Of a stretch of DNA of 64,000 bases, positions 46,337 to 60,219 are shown in pieces (within the stretch, counting starts at the first letter, position 1; each line of letters opens with the position of its first letter). Origin of the DNA: the human T2T-CHM13v2.0 reference genome, Homo sapiens. The notes beneath the pieces are model-generated. The model had not been told where the DNA came from, ran no database searches, and worked only from the letters and a program-made list of their open reading frames with translations. The stretch lies in NCBI RefSeq assembly GCF_009914755.1, contig NC_060928.1; one strand, 5' to 3'. The position numbers were made by a program, and so were the translations under genes.

Positions 46337-47292
46337 ACTGTACTATGAGCCACATACTTGCCAGTGGGTCTCCCCCTCCTTCAGTCAGTAAGACTCCAAG
46401 GCCCACGGAGTTTAACACTAAAACAGTGATAAAAATCTTCATTATGTTCTAAGAGGTGGTGAGGCATGGGGACATCATTCTGGAGGTAGCATAACCTCTA
46501 AATACTTCCCAGGTTGTTCAATTTCCTCTGAGACAGTAAAACATCAATAATATGAGGAACTATTAGAGGTCTAACATTGTGAGAAATATGTAAATATATA
46601 GACCAGTCTCTCAGTCTATCAAGGAGCTTAACTTTAGCTGGGGAGATGAATCTACTCATGAAATGACTAGAAAATAACTGAGTGCTAAACCACACAGGGA
46701 GATAAAAGCATATGTGCCACATCAGAATGGGGTATGAAATTGCTTAGTACTTCCAGAGAATTGATAGGTTTAGAGATGAGCTGGCTTAGAAAGGACCAGG
46801 GTGTGGGAGGAATCTTCCTAAGAAGTTGCTTCGTTGGACTTTAGCATATCGTTAGGATTAGGGCCACTTGGCCAGATAAGGCAGCCCTTATCTTCACTCT
46901 GCACACCTCTGATGGAGTGAGTAGAATGAGTTATAAGAAGCTAAAATTGCTCTAATGTATTTTGGGAATAGGTCAGCTCCCGCTTTCTGAGGGTTTGCAA
47001 TGATAAGACTGAGGTGTTAGGTCCACAGAAACATCAGCAGGCTGACAGAAGCATATTCATCTTTAGAACTCAATCTAGATCTTAGTGGTGCAGGTTCTGG
47101 AGAGAAGAGGGCTTACAGAAGCAGCAGGCACTCAGGTAGGCTTCCTTCGCTTTCCTAGAAGCTGACTGAGAAAGGGCTGAGGTTGTCTGAGCCTATCCTT
47201 TCATATCAGTACGAGGAAAGCAATTAAACCTCATTGCCCCTGTGAAAAGCAGCAAGCAAGCAGCGATGGAGATTGAAAAGGAGCTTCTAGAA

Positions 47293-47464
47293 CCGGGCAT
47301 GGTGGTACATGCCTGTAATACCAGCTACTCCAGAGGATGCTGAGGTGGGAGTATCCCTTGAGCCTAGGAGGTTGAGGCTAGAGTGAGCTACGGTCATGCC
47401 ATTGCACGCCAGCCTGGGTGACAGAGCAAGACCCTGTCTCAAATAATATGAAATTTTAAAAAAA
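47293..47464 (+). mobile_element. Alu monomer (FRAM/AluJ right arm)
   Basis: ccgggcatggtggtacatgcctgta...gacagagcaagaccctgtctc; TSD-like aaaagg(a)gcttctag on both sides. Confidence 0.88.
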
Positions 47465-47542
47465 GGGCTTCTAGCTTTACCGATGCCAACGAGAAACTGC
47501 AGTTAAACATGAACTAGATTGAGACCCTGAAGGGCCACTCAC

Positions 47543-47723
47543 CATAGACTATGACAGTGGCAGTTGTACTTTTCCTCTTGGCAACAATGTTTTTGGCAAC
47601 ACAGGTGTAATTTGCAGTATCAGAGAGTCGGGCCTGCTTTATGATGAGGTTGTGATCAATAGTAATATAAAAATTCCGATCTTCAACGGGATCAATTATG
47701 TCTTCATTTTTCAACCATTCCAC
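47543..47723 (-). CDS. UNC5C: UNC5C coding exon (~exon 5), second Ig domain C-terminal part
   Basis: tag|GTG GAA TGG ... GTC TAT G|gtgagt; 181 nt; [60 protein letters not shown]; Ig DxxxYxC motif. Confidence 0.97.
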
Positions 47724-47799
47724 CTAAAGATAAATGAGAAAAGTAGATAAATCCTCAGCATGGATCCCCTGATGGCTGTCTGTCCTAACCTGCATTTTG

Positions 47800-47834
47800 T
47801 ACACTTGATCTTAGCCAAAAGGCCGAGAAGCGAT
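47800..47834 (-). pseudogene. U2 snRNA 5' fragment (nt 1-35) retrocopy
   Basis: Minus strand reads ATCGCTTCTCGGCCTTTTGGCTAAGATCAAGTGTA = U2 5' end; flanked by acctgcattttgt (47788-47800) / acctgtgttttgt (47835-47847). Confidence 0.93.
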
Positions 47835-49691
47835 ACCTGTGTTTTGTAATATGTACAATGTTGTTCCAGGCCATGAACTTCTGCAAACTGGTGGGAAGTA
47901 ACTTTCCAAGGTCATGTTAAGTATCACTCACCTGCCAAACATGCTGATTCTGTCTGTACTACATTATTCTCAAATGTCAGTGAACCAGTTGGGAAATACA
48001 GTGTTCAAATTGTTTTCACTTTGCCCTGCAGGCACGAATGGGGAATGTGTGCTGCCAAGTTCAGAACCCAATAAAAAATAATAGGATAAGCGTTTCAAAC
48101 TGAACTCAAACCTTTCACTATTTGATTTGTTTACTCTTGGCAACTTACCTGCTGCTTTTCAGAAAAGAATAGAAAGACTATTTTTAAAAGCACAAAAGGC
48201 ATTTTAGACATCACATAGCTGTAATAAAATAACATTTGGATGGTTTACGTGTAGCCTCACTGAAACGTATGGATTAAATATCCCTGAAAATACCTTTCAA
48301 AATGTAGCAAAACACATAGTTGGAGATGTATCTAAGCCAAATTTTTTTTTAAGTTTTTCTACCAATTCTTAATACAATCTGAATAGCTTACAAATCATAC
48401 TCAAATCCCTCCTTTTGTATAATGCTAACATTCAAATCTTTGGCTCAGGGTGTGCTTTTGGGGAACCTGACCTTAAGACATGACCATTTAAAACTACTGA
48501 ACTATTTTTTTCTATGTGAATAATATTAATGTAGTAATAGTGATGTTATACTTGCTGAATAAAAAGAGGAAACATACCTGTATAAGCTGTTCTTCTGGAG
48601 GTAAACTACTTCTTATTCTGGCAGTTGCCTTTTGTTTTTCTATGCACAGTTTTTTCCATAAAGCAAAACAACAAACAACGTTGATATTTACCACACTTAA
48701 ACTCTCCTTTTGCATTAGGGTGAATGTGGATACAGGTAACCTTTAGTGGTAGGGAGTCAATATTGTTGCCATTTTCAAAACCTTAAGGAGCTACTCTAGC
48801 ACCACAAGACGTCTAGAAATTAATCTCTAAATCTGTCAGTGGGTTTGACATTGCACAACTCTAAATTACACTTAAGGCAGGGACTCTCAAATAATGCTCC
48901 TCTAATCCTTAGAAGAGAAGCCAACATTTATAGAGAAAAATAAAAATCAACAACAATCCTGAAATATAGAAACATATGAGGTTGTAGAGTAGAGAAACTA
49001 TTTGTAATGATGTAAATGCTGAAAAAGCTAAACATTCTTGATATTTGCACTCAGGGTAGTGAGAAAAAGAATAGAATCTATTTACAACAGTGGGTGTTTT
49101 AAATATGTATTTTGTTTCCAAATACAGACTCTACATTCAGTCAGAGATATGCCTGAGTATCTCTGAGATATATACTCATATTCACTTGACCTGGATTTTC
49201 TCAACGTTTCACCCTATGTGTGGAAATACGATCCTGCTGGAAGTGCACGGGAGAAGGTGGCACAATTTATACTGTTAAAAATCTCTTTGATGATAATTAA
49301 AAGTTGAAATTAATAGTTTTTGAGTGGAATCTTTACCTAGGTTATCTATGCCCTTCTAAAGAAAGCCTCCTATCACACAAAGCATGGACAGGCTCCCTTA
49401 GTCTCAGTTGTTCTTGCATCCCTTCTACAATTTTTGTGCTCAGTGTGCTTCTCTTTCAAGTACTCATACCTGGCCCTCTTCTCTGAAGAGCAGCCCTCAG
49501 GCTCACGGATTGTTTTTGCCAAGGATTTTTTATAACTTCCCCATTAGCCCCATTAGCCATTGACTAATGGGTGCAGAAATATGACTTCTGTCTCATTGGG
49601 TCAGAATCTGAGCTGTAACTTTCCAGAAGTCCCTTGCAGGGATGAGGCTGCAGCTACATCCTTGAGACTGGACCTGAATTGACACTATTAT

Positions 49692-50158
49692 AAATGGAGC
49701 ATACCTAATCCAAAAATCTGGAATCTGAAATGCTCCAAAATCTGAAACTTTTGAGCACCAACGTGACACCACAAGTAGAAAATCCCACACATGACCTCAT
49801 GACCGGTTGCAGTCAAAATGCAGGTGCGTAACACACAGTTTATTCAGCATCCCCAAGGGAATGACGGTGACACCAAACAACCATAGATTGTCCACATGAG
49901 TGACTCACATAGTGATCCCTTTGCTTTCTGATGGTTCAGTGTGCACAAACTTTGTTTCAGGCACAAAATTGTTTAACATATTATATAAAGTTACCTTCAG
50001 GCTATGTGCATAACATGCATATGAAACAAATGAATTTCATGTTTGAACTTGGGTCCCATTCCCAACATATCTCATTATGTATATGCCAGTACTCCAAAAC
50101 CTGAAGTCCAAAACAATTCTGGTCTCACACATTCTGTATAAGGAACATTCAACCTGTA
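49692..50158. mobile_element. Tigger4/MER46-like DNA transposon, inside an older LTR-like segment
   Basis: gagcatacctaatccaaaaatc...tgctccaaaatctgaaactttttgagc...cattcaacctgta. Confidence 0.78.
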
Positions 50159-52052
50159 CTAGGCTTCTTTCCTCTCCTGCTTGCTCACCCACTTACAGGG
50201 TTCTCCTGGAAGCACTTTCTTAAAAAACTACTCACATTCATACCTTTGGTTCATGGTTTGCCTCTGGAGAACCCATAGCTATTCAAAACTACGGTTCCTC
50301 CTATGTAAATGATGTCAGTTTAACAGTGATGTTATCCTAATCATAAACAACATAAAGAAGTCCCAAGGGATATTAGAAACCACTTGTTTGTATGAAGAGT
50401 TTATTACATGGAAGAAAGTGTTCAATCTGCATGGTTGACAAAAGATTTGAAGAGACATGATTGCTGGGTATATGATCTTCACTCGATTATACATAATTAC
50501 ACATTTGCCTTGGGTGTCTCTTGCCTGTGTTGGAGCAGTGGTTCTGACCTGAACCTCAGGACCCCTGAGAAGCCCCAGCAGTGTTTGACGACCCCTGTGG
50601 GGGACACTGCTCTCCTCCCTTAACTCCCACTTGAATCACAGAAACTCTGCTTTTATCTGTTTTCCATACTGGATTTGCTTTCACGCCTTTGTTTCAAGAA
50701 GCAAAGGGTCCTACAGCTAGAAAATAGCTGCGGGAATGAAGAGGGGGGCCCAGGACTCCTCCAGCTTCTGACAAGACCCCACAGTCCCCAACACCCCAGT
50801 GCTGCCAGCCATATCACAGCACTCTGCTTTGAGACAATCATCTCCATGAAAGGCTCAGTGAGGACTGCAGGCCGCCCCTCACCTCCTGTGCTGTAATACC
50901 AGGGGCTACACATCACCAACTCCAGAAGTCCTGACACTCTTCCATACCGCCTGGAAGACAGCATGAAAATCTTCTAACATTTTGGTCTCTTTTTAGATTG
51001 TTTCCTTTACGTTTTTCTCATACTAAAGTCTAGGTCTTTCTGATGCCATTGTTTCTTCTGAAGTCCTCTGAAGGGGTGGATGTTGATTTCCCAAATCCAA
51101 TGTGCCACTGGGTCTGGGGATGGGTAAGTGCTGTGCTTGCTCAGCATTGTGTCTTTCAGACTGTTCTCTCTAAACATCTTTGCCTTGAATCTCATGTCAC
51201 CAGATTATATCACCCAATTTTGACTCTTTTTTTGTTTGTAGTTATTTACAGACCTCTGGGCTTATAGTCACTTTATCTAAAGCATAATTTCTGAAGAGTT
51301 TAATAACCACAAAGGTGACGCTTCCAACGTCTTGGCCCTTCAGTTCCATGACCCTCCATCCTGCAATGACCTTATCCTCTAAGGTCACACATTCTAGGCC
51401 AAAGGTTTTCAACTCCGCTTCACAATAGAATAATGTGGAAAACATTTGTAATATATTAATTCTAAATTCAACCCAGAGAAGCTAAATCCAACCCACAAAA
51501 ACTCCAATTCACTGGTCTAGCATCAGTGTGTTTTAAGCTCCCCAAGGGTTGTAATTTACTGTTAGGGTTGAGAAATACCAGTCTAGATCATTGCCCTTAA
51601 AAATGCAATCCCTGGATCAATAGCATCAGTGTCACTGGGAGCTTGATAGACATATAGAATCTAAGGCTCTGCCCACCTATTACCAAATCAAAATATGCAT
51701 CCTAGTAAGAACTTCAGGGGGTTATATCCACACTAAAGTTTGAGAAGCATGATTTAGCTCTTGTCCTTATCATCAATTACAACTCCTCCATAAACTTAGT
51801 TCCAATTATCCTTTCCTTTACCCTTTTCTGTCTTTCCTATTCACTCTAAGATACTGAATTCAATAATCCTTCACCAGCACCTACAATCTATTGAATTTAC
51901 CAATTTGTTTCTCAGACTTTCAAGTATAAATTCCAATGTCTAGCTTTATATATGATTCTTGCATTATACTGTCAATGCTCTCATCCCTTTGTCACTTCAA
52001 GATATTCACTTGGCCACTATTTGCCTACAACACCACTGTGTGTTGTTTTTTG

Positions 52053-52334
52053 TTTTTTTTTTTTAAGACAAAGTCTCACCGTGTGCAGTGGTACAATCTC
52101 AGCTCACTGCAGCCAGCCTCCACCTCCTGAGTTCAAGCGATTCCTGTGCCTTAGCCTCATGAGTAGCTGGGATTACAGGTGCCCACCACCATGCCAGGCT
52201 AATTTTTGTATTTTTAGTAGAAATAGGGTTTCACCATGTTGGCCAGGCTAGTTTCGAACTCCTGACCTCAAGTGATCTGCCTGCCTTGGCCTCTCAAAGT
52301 GCTGGGATTACAGGTGTGAGCCACCATGCCCGGC
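52053..52334 (-). mobile_element. Alu (AluSx-like) within L2
   Basis: poly-T plus Alu body with a small deletion. Confidence 0.92.
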
Positions 52335-52339
52335 ACCCC

Positions 52340-53710
52340 GCTCTGTGTTCTTGAGGTGGAACATGGGTGTAAATAGCCATGGAGAGTGGGCTCATCTTAA
52401 AATTCATAACAGATCACAAGTGGGCCTTTATTTCTGCCAAGAAAGCACATTATGTTTTCATTGTTCACTTTCTCCTTCTCCTAGATAACTATTTCACACT
52501 CCTCTCCACTACCTCCCCTTCTAGCCTCACTTTCAGCTGATGACCAAGATTTCTATGTCACTGAGAAAACTGACAATCACAAGACATCTTCCAGGGCTCT
52601 CCCACTATCTGTGTCCTCACCCCCATCTGCACCCTGTCTCTTATCACTGGGGGAGCTCTCTGTGTTCCTATCTGTCACCTCGGATTTGTACTCCGTATCT
52701 TAGTCTCGCTCTTCTATTCAAGGGCAAGTCCCAGCAATTCTCTTCTTTCTCTCCTAAATTATTCAATTTCCCTTGATACTGAATCATTTCCACCAGCCTG
52801 CAGATGTGCTGTTAGCTTTCAAAACTTAGAACAAAAACCCTTCTCACCCGTTTCTGCCTCTACTCACCCCCCGCCCACCACCTATATTTCTCTGCTTGCC
52901 CTGCCTTACAAAACTCCTTGGAATAGTTGTTTACATTTGCTGTCTTCAATTCCCCACTGAGCCCGCTCTAATCTGTGTTCACTTCCACTGCTTCACCATA
53001 GCTGCTCCTTTCTCTTTGCTAAATGTGCTGCTGAGGTCTTAGTGCTCATCTTACTTGACTCACAGCAGCACGTGATCCGGTTACTCCCTTCCTCCTCCTG
53101 ACTTGCTTTCTCTGGACAGCACACTTTCCTGGGTTTTGTCCTACATTGCTTCATGCCTCACAGCTTCCTTAGGCTAACATTTGTGTCCCTGTGGCTCGGT
53201 CCTTGGAATTCTGCTGCTTTCTATTTTCTATCCATATTCACTTCCTTGGTGAGCTCATCCAGTCTCACACAGATGACTCCTAAATTTATCTCCAGCCCAG
53301 ACCCCACCGCTGATCTCCAGACTCGTATATCCAACTGTCTTCATGCAACTCCACTTGGTTGTCTGATAATGACCTCCTGAACCGCCTTTCCAAACCTGCT
53401 CCTCTCACAGTCTTATGCACCTCACTTAATGCCAACTGTAGCCTTCCAATTACTTAGACAAAAGCCTGACTTAGTGTTGACCACTTTTTTCCTCTTTCTT
53501 AGCCCATTCAATGTTAGAGCAGCACACATTAGGAATTGGACCACTTCTCATTCCCTCACTCCCACCTCTTCCTGGTCCAAGTCACTATCGTTTCCTTCCT
53601 GAATTATTGCAAACACTGTTTGTCTTATCTTCTGCTTTTCCTCTGAAAACTCAACTGTCTATTTTCAAGACTGTAGTTAGAGTGATCCATAAACTGTAAG
53701 TCAGAGCATA
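52340..53710 (+). mobile_element. L2 remnants
   Basis: C/T-rich L2-like motifs (gatgactcctaaatttatctccagccc...ctccagactcgtatatccaactg). Confidence 0.65.
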
Positions 53711-53715
53711 CTATA

Positions 53716-54191
53716 TGTATGAGTCAGAGTTGTCTAGAGGGACAGAACTAAATAAATATATATATATATATATATATGAGTTTATTAAGTATTAACTCAC
53801 ATGATTACAAAGTCCCACGATAGGCCTTCTGCAAGCTAAGGAGCAAGGAGAGCCAATCCAAGTCCCAAAACTAAAGAGTTTGGAGTCTGATGTTTGAGGT
53901 CAGGAAGGGTCCAGCATGGGACGCTTGCTAAATGTGCTGCTGAGGGAGAAAGATGTAGGCTGGGAGGCTAGGCCAGTCTAGACTTTTTATGTTTCTGTGC
54001 CTGCTTTATCCTGGCTGTGCTGGCAGCTGATTAGATAGATGGTGCTCACCCAGATTAAGAGTGAGTCTGCCTTTCCCAGCCCACTGACTCAAATGTTAAT
54101 TTCCTTTGGCAACACCCTCACAGACACACCCAGGATCAATACTTTGTATCTTTCAATCCAATCAAGTTGACACTCACTATCAACCATCACA
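53716..54191 (-). mobile_element. MLT2A (HERVL) solo LTR with 5-bp TSD
   Basis: Minus strand starts TGTGATGGTTGATAGTGAGTGTCAACTTGATTGGATTGAA; internal (TA)n; TSD ctata at 53711-53715 and 54192-54196. Confidence 0.88.
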
Positions 54192-54259
54192 CTATACCTC
54201 ATCTCAAACCCTCCTAATGGCTCCTTCTCTTACTCAGTGTCAGCGCTGAAGTCCTTACA

Positions 54260-54485
54260 ACCAGCCTGGACAACATAGTGAGACCACACCTCTATAAGAA
54301 ACATGCAAAAATTAGTAGAGCATGGGGCATGTGCTTGTATTTGCAGCTACTTGGGAGGCTAAGGCAGGAGGATGGCTTTAGCCTGGGAGGTCAAGGATAT
54401 AGAGAGCTATGAGTGCACCACTGCACTCCAGCCTGGGTGACACAGCAAGACACTGTCTCCAAAAAACAGAAAAGAAAAGAAAAAA
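54260..54485 (+). mobile_element. 5'-truncated AluJ
   Basis: accagcctggacaacatagtgagacc...gcaagacactgtctc plus A-tail. Confidence 0.88.
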
Positions 54486-55803
54486 GTGGCATAGGGATAG
54501 GAGACAGGGAGAAAAAAAAAATGGATTCAGACAATAATTGGAAGGGACAGAGGACAGGACATATGAGTTGACGGTATGTGGAAAGGGGGGTGCAAGGGGC
54601 ACTCATCTTCCATTTCTGGCTTAAGGACCCATTTACGGAGCAGGGATACAGGAGGCAGAAAGTAATTGAGGGTAGAAAGGATAATGATTCAGATTTGGCT
54701 GATCTCACAAGGAATCCAGCTAGCACAGCATGATTTTGACAACAGGTAAGTTGCTAAAAATTCCCATTATTTCCATGAACAAAGTGAGTTTTTCTCTTAA
54801 AGTTTTGAAATAATTTTTAAAAATAACCCTGAGGACTTCTGCTTCTTTTGGATCAGCTTTATCTTAGCATTAAGAACTGAACATGGATATTGATAAAAAG
54901 GATATTTGCAGGGCCAGCATGGCTGCAACAACATTTATTACCATTGTGGCTTAGATAAAAATGATAAAGCGTTAATAAAACTTAGAAGATGAATGGAAAG
55001 GAAAACAGTGTGTGAGAATAATTCTGTTTATCATGTAAAGGATTGTCTGAATCAGCAAATCAATATAAGAGCCATAACATACAATTTAAAACATATAACC
55101 TTTTCATGCAGTATTTCCAGAACACACACTACTAAACTAACATTCTTCCATGTGAAACAATTCCACAATGAGTCTCCTTATATACACTGTATATAAAATT
55201 CCAAGAAACAATACAGAATCTTTTGTTGTGTTAGAAATTTATTGCATTGAATAGTATGTAGTTAATTATATTGTTGCAAAGCTATTTATTTGTAAGCTAA
55301 TCTTGGTTAACCAGGAGTCAGTACTCTGGTCTGGCCACTGAATTCTGTTCATATTTTGGTCATTTCAATGCTTTTTGTTGATTTCAACCTGAGGCTTCTC
55401 TTTTCTCTACTCCTTCCATTGAACAAACTGATTTATACAAGAAAGTAGTCTTTCTGAGTTAGAAATTATTTTTAGTTACATAAAAATATTCCAAGAGAAA
55501 GAAAAACAGGTTGGAGTTCAGAAAACAATAAAAGACTTCAACCATAAACCATGACTTGTTGTCATGGTTGCAATGATGCAAAATAATGTTCAAACAATTT
55601 CTGTCCTTGTGGTTCAGTAACTATAGTCCTTTCAATGATTTGGGGCATATTTGAACTAATTTACTCAAGTGTTTATAAAGGCATGGGATTTTATTAACAG
55701 GTACTAAAAACAGTTACACGGCAATATTAGAATGACCTGTTTGCCTATTCTGCTGTTGTTTGGTGTTATTAGTCCCACTATGTGTAATCGACCATCTTAT
55801 TCT

Positions 55804-56116
<313 letters not shown>

Positions 56117-57174
56117 TCGACCATCTTATTCTAAGGAGCAGTTCCTAAAGTACCAGCTAAGAGGGCTGCTTTCAACTGCTTGGGCCCAAAACTGAACTCT
56201 GCGATTTTGGAGCTAATGTTTATGTCTCCCGTGGGCAAGTGTCTTATCTTCTGTATGCCTTAGAGTCCTCATTTACAAAATGAGGATAATTTTAGAACCC
56301 ATTATAAGGTTCTTAAAAACTAAATGAATTAATACACAAGACACCTACTGTCTGGCATACAGTTAAGTATTTGAAAATAATTATTAACATTTAGTTAAGG
56401 ATATACTAAAAGCGGTGAGACAAACCCCAAACAACCCTAAAAAATAAAAGAGAAATGGTGTTAATCTAAAAACTAGAAGAAAAATATTTAACACCTGAGT
56501 CCTTTCAGCCTTCGCTGGCATTTCTGTGGGGCAAAGTCCACTCAATATTAGGTTATAACTCTTCAAGATTGCACTACAAATATGTAAGTAATTGAGTATT
56601 AAATTGGCCAATATTGTTTGTATGCTAACCCTAAATACATATTTTCCTTTAAACTCTATGAGTTTATAATTCTAGAGATGTCATTAGCATGCATTTGCTT
56701 TATAGGTATTAACATTTTAATTAATCTTCATAAAAATTATTTTCTAATTCTAAAGTATAAGAAAACATTATCAGTTTTAAAAAAATAAGTAGAAAAGATT
56801 TTTAATGAAACACAGGTTATTAAAATAAAAGAAATATTCACTATCATACTTGGTAATGAGGCATAAATGATAGGCAATTTATATTACTATTATTTTTACC
56901 TAGACCATCTATATTTTTATAATTTTTAATTTACTTTTATGGGTTTTCCATTTCTTTTCTCCTAGTACTTCAAGCCAGTCTACTTGTTCTTTTAATGACA
57001 TCAGTCTCTCAGCCCCATACCATGGCATACACATCATTAGCTTCAACACCCTTATCCATGTCCCTAAGAGATGGAATTTTCTTCCAGCCACCTCTGCTTT
57101 CCCTACCACCCTGAAAGTACACCTATGTTGGTCCTATGACTGCACTGGTCCCCAAAAAGGGACTGTCCCCCATC

Positions 57175-57557
57175 TTTTTCCTCATTAAACTTTGTTTTCA
57201 TGGGACTCAAAATTCTGTGACAGATTTTTGGTCAAGTTGTTTCCATTAAAAACTATAGATTTTAAAAACGAATAATTGCCACATGCAAAACGAAACAAAA
57301 AAACCCCAAAGTAGTCCACAAAACAGCCTCCTTTCCTTCTGAAGGTTTTACGATGCATTGTTATCATTAACCAGTCTTTTACCATTAAACTTAAACAGCC
57401 AATTGAAACAAACAGTTCTGAGCCCATTCTCCCACCACTGATTAAGACTGGGGTGGCAGGTATTAGGGATGACATTCATTTAGCCTTCTGAGCTTTCTGG
57501 GCAGACTTGGTGACCTTGCCACCTCCAGCAGCCTTCGATCCATGGCTTTGATGACAC
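57175..57557 (-). pseudogene. 5'-truncated processed pseudogene fragment of EEF1A1 (last ~27 codons plus 3'UTR)
   Basis: Minus strand gtgtcatcaaagc...GCTGCTGGAGGTGGCAAGGTCACCAAGTCTGCCCAGAAAGCTCAGAAGGCTAAATGA (AAGGGKVTKSAQKAQKAK*, stop 57476-57478, frameshifted from VIKA), followed by EEF1A1-like UTR (TAATACCTGCCACCCC, GGTTAATGATAACAATGCATCGTAAAACCTTCAGAAGG). Confidence 0.9.
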
Positions 57558-58763
57558 ACATGGAATAGTTGTCCCTGAGCTCTCTTCTTTGCTTTTCTCT
57601 CTCCCCACAGAAAGGATTCTGGGGCAGATGGGCTGGTCTAATGGGAAAGGAGAAGTGAAAATTATGGGACACATTCTGTGTTAAAGAATAATGACCATTC
57701 TTTAGGGTAGGAAAAGTAGGGGATGTGACCTTGAGGGGAAGAGGGCACCTTGTACTCCCTAATGCAAATCATGAGAATCCTGACCTGGCTTTAGGGAGCA
57801 GAGAGAGTTCAAAAGAAGAACATTTTCCTTGTGCTGAAATTGGGACGACAGAGAAGCAGTTGGGAGGAATGGAGAGAAGTTGCCCAAGGGTAAAAAAGGA
57901 GAAAAACAAGAAGCTTGTATGGTGCATTCCAGGTCCCCAGCGAGGTGCTTTGTACTTAGTGATTCCTCCTCACAGCAGCCTGTGAAAGAAGTAGTTGCAT
58001 TCCCAATTTTCAGATGAGAAGAATGATGCTCACAGAGAAGAGCTTGCACAGGTTTATAAGCTCAGAAAGGAGCAGAGATCCAAATTCAGGACCGCCTGAG
58101 CTCTGGACTCTTTTCTGTCCATAAAACCAAGAACCAGGAGGAGCCAACTACAGTGCTACAGACTTCAGCCTTGACAGAGTGGGCTGCAGATTACGAGATA
58201 GGGGCTGGAAAAAGCTGGGACACCAAGACACATACATTTTAGCTACTCCAGGACTTGGGTTGAGGCTGTCCTCAGGCTGGTGTCCCCAGGGAAGCAGAGA
58301 GGTCCTTAGAAAAGAAGCATTGGACACACTTTCTGTTATCAACATGACCCTGTCACTCATAGGACCAATACAGGTTTACTTTCAGAACTAGCAGTAGAAT
58401 TGGGTGTGCTTTGATTTTAGGGGCATCAGGAAAGCCTCCTTACCCTCCAAAATTGCTCCCCCAAATTTTTGACAATGACTTGAAATGTCATTAAGAGAGA
58501 CCAATTTTAAATTCCACTATTAGAAGGATCTCTTCACATGTAAATGACCTGGAGAAATAACAAACTAAATCATATAAAGTTTCCTAAAACATGGCATATA
58601 AATAACTAAGGGAACACTGCAGATAAAGAGGAGTTCAGGGTGCTAGGATTTCAAGATAGGGCTGGATTCAAGTATCCAGCACTATGCAAAAATTTCTAAG
58701 AGATATACAAACAAAAATATTTTTAAGGGAATCACAGTATATCTTTAACTTCCATATGAATTC

Positions 58764-59056
<293 letters not shown>

Positions 59057-59843
59057 CTGCATTCCTTCTTATAACTAATATCTCTAAGAACTTGCCCTCT
59101 GCTTTTCAGAAGAAAGACATCTTTTGCATGAAAATCTTGCCATCATATATTACATGAGAGTGTAAAAACCTCTAGGGCACCAGATAAGGGAATAATTGGG
59201 AATATTAGTGTTGTAGTTGAGAAAATAAGGGACTGTAATAACTGGGCGACAAATCCTTTTTGCAAATCAGGTGGTTTAAATTCTTTGCTTTCATCAAAAC
59301 TGAAGGAGGGCCTAATATGTCAAATGATGGGTCACTGAACATAAATTTTGATGACAGATCGCTATGTAATTTTTGACCTGTAACTTGGAAGACGTGCAGA
59401 GTTGAGGGACACTGTTACAACATAAGTCCACGTATTTCTACTTACTTATGTATGAGAAGGTTCTCAGTATTTGAATTCATTATAAATGACAGATAGAAAT
59501 GTAATTGATTTCATCCTGTTTCATTTCAGCAGTAGCATTCAAACTAGGCTAAATGAGCTACCTAGACAGGCGAGCAGGGATGAAAACCTCATTTCTCCTA
59601 TTAAAAGCTGTATTTCCAATAAAAATTCAGTCTTTATGCCAAGTAATTATTTATCAAAACTTGTAGTACATTTGGGTTTTTTAAAAAAAATTAACAATTT
59701 GATCCCTATGGTCAAAGGAGATAAAGTTTATACGCAAATTTTTATTACAGAGAAATATGATGACCAATGGAAATTTTTATGCCTAAAATTTATTCTATTA
59801 GAGTAAAAACCTATGGGGGAAATGGCATAGAAATATAAGTTAA

Positions 59844-60219
<376 letters not shown>

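Noticed and set aside
47800-47834. Functional U2 snRNA gene
   Set aside because: Only 35 nt, lacks the Sm site and most of the branch-pairing region, and is flanked by a TSD
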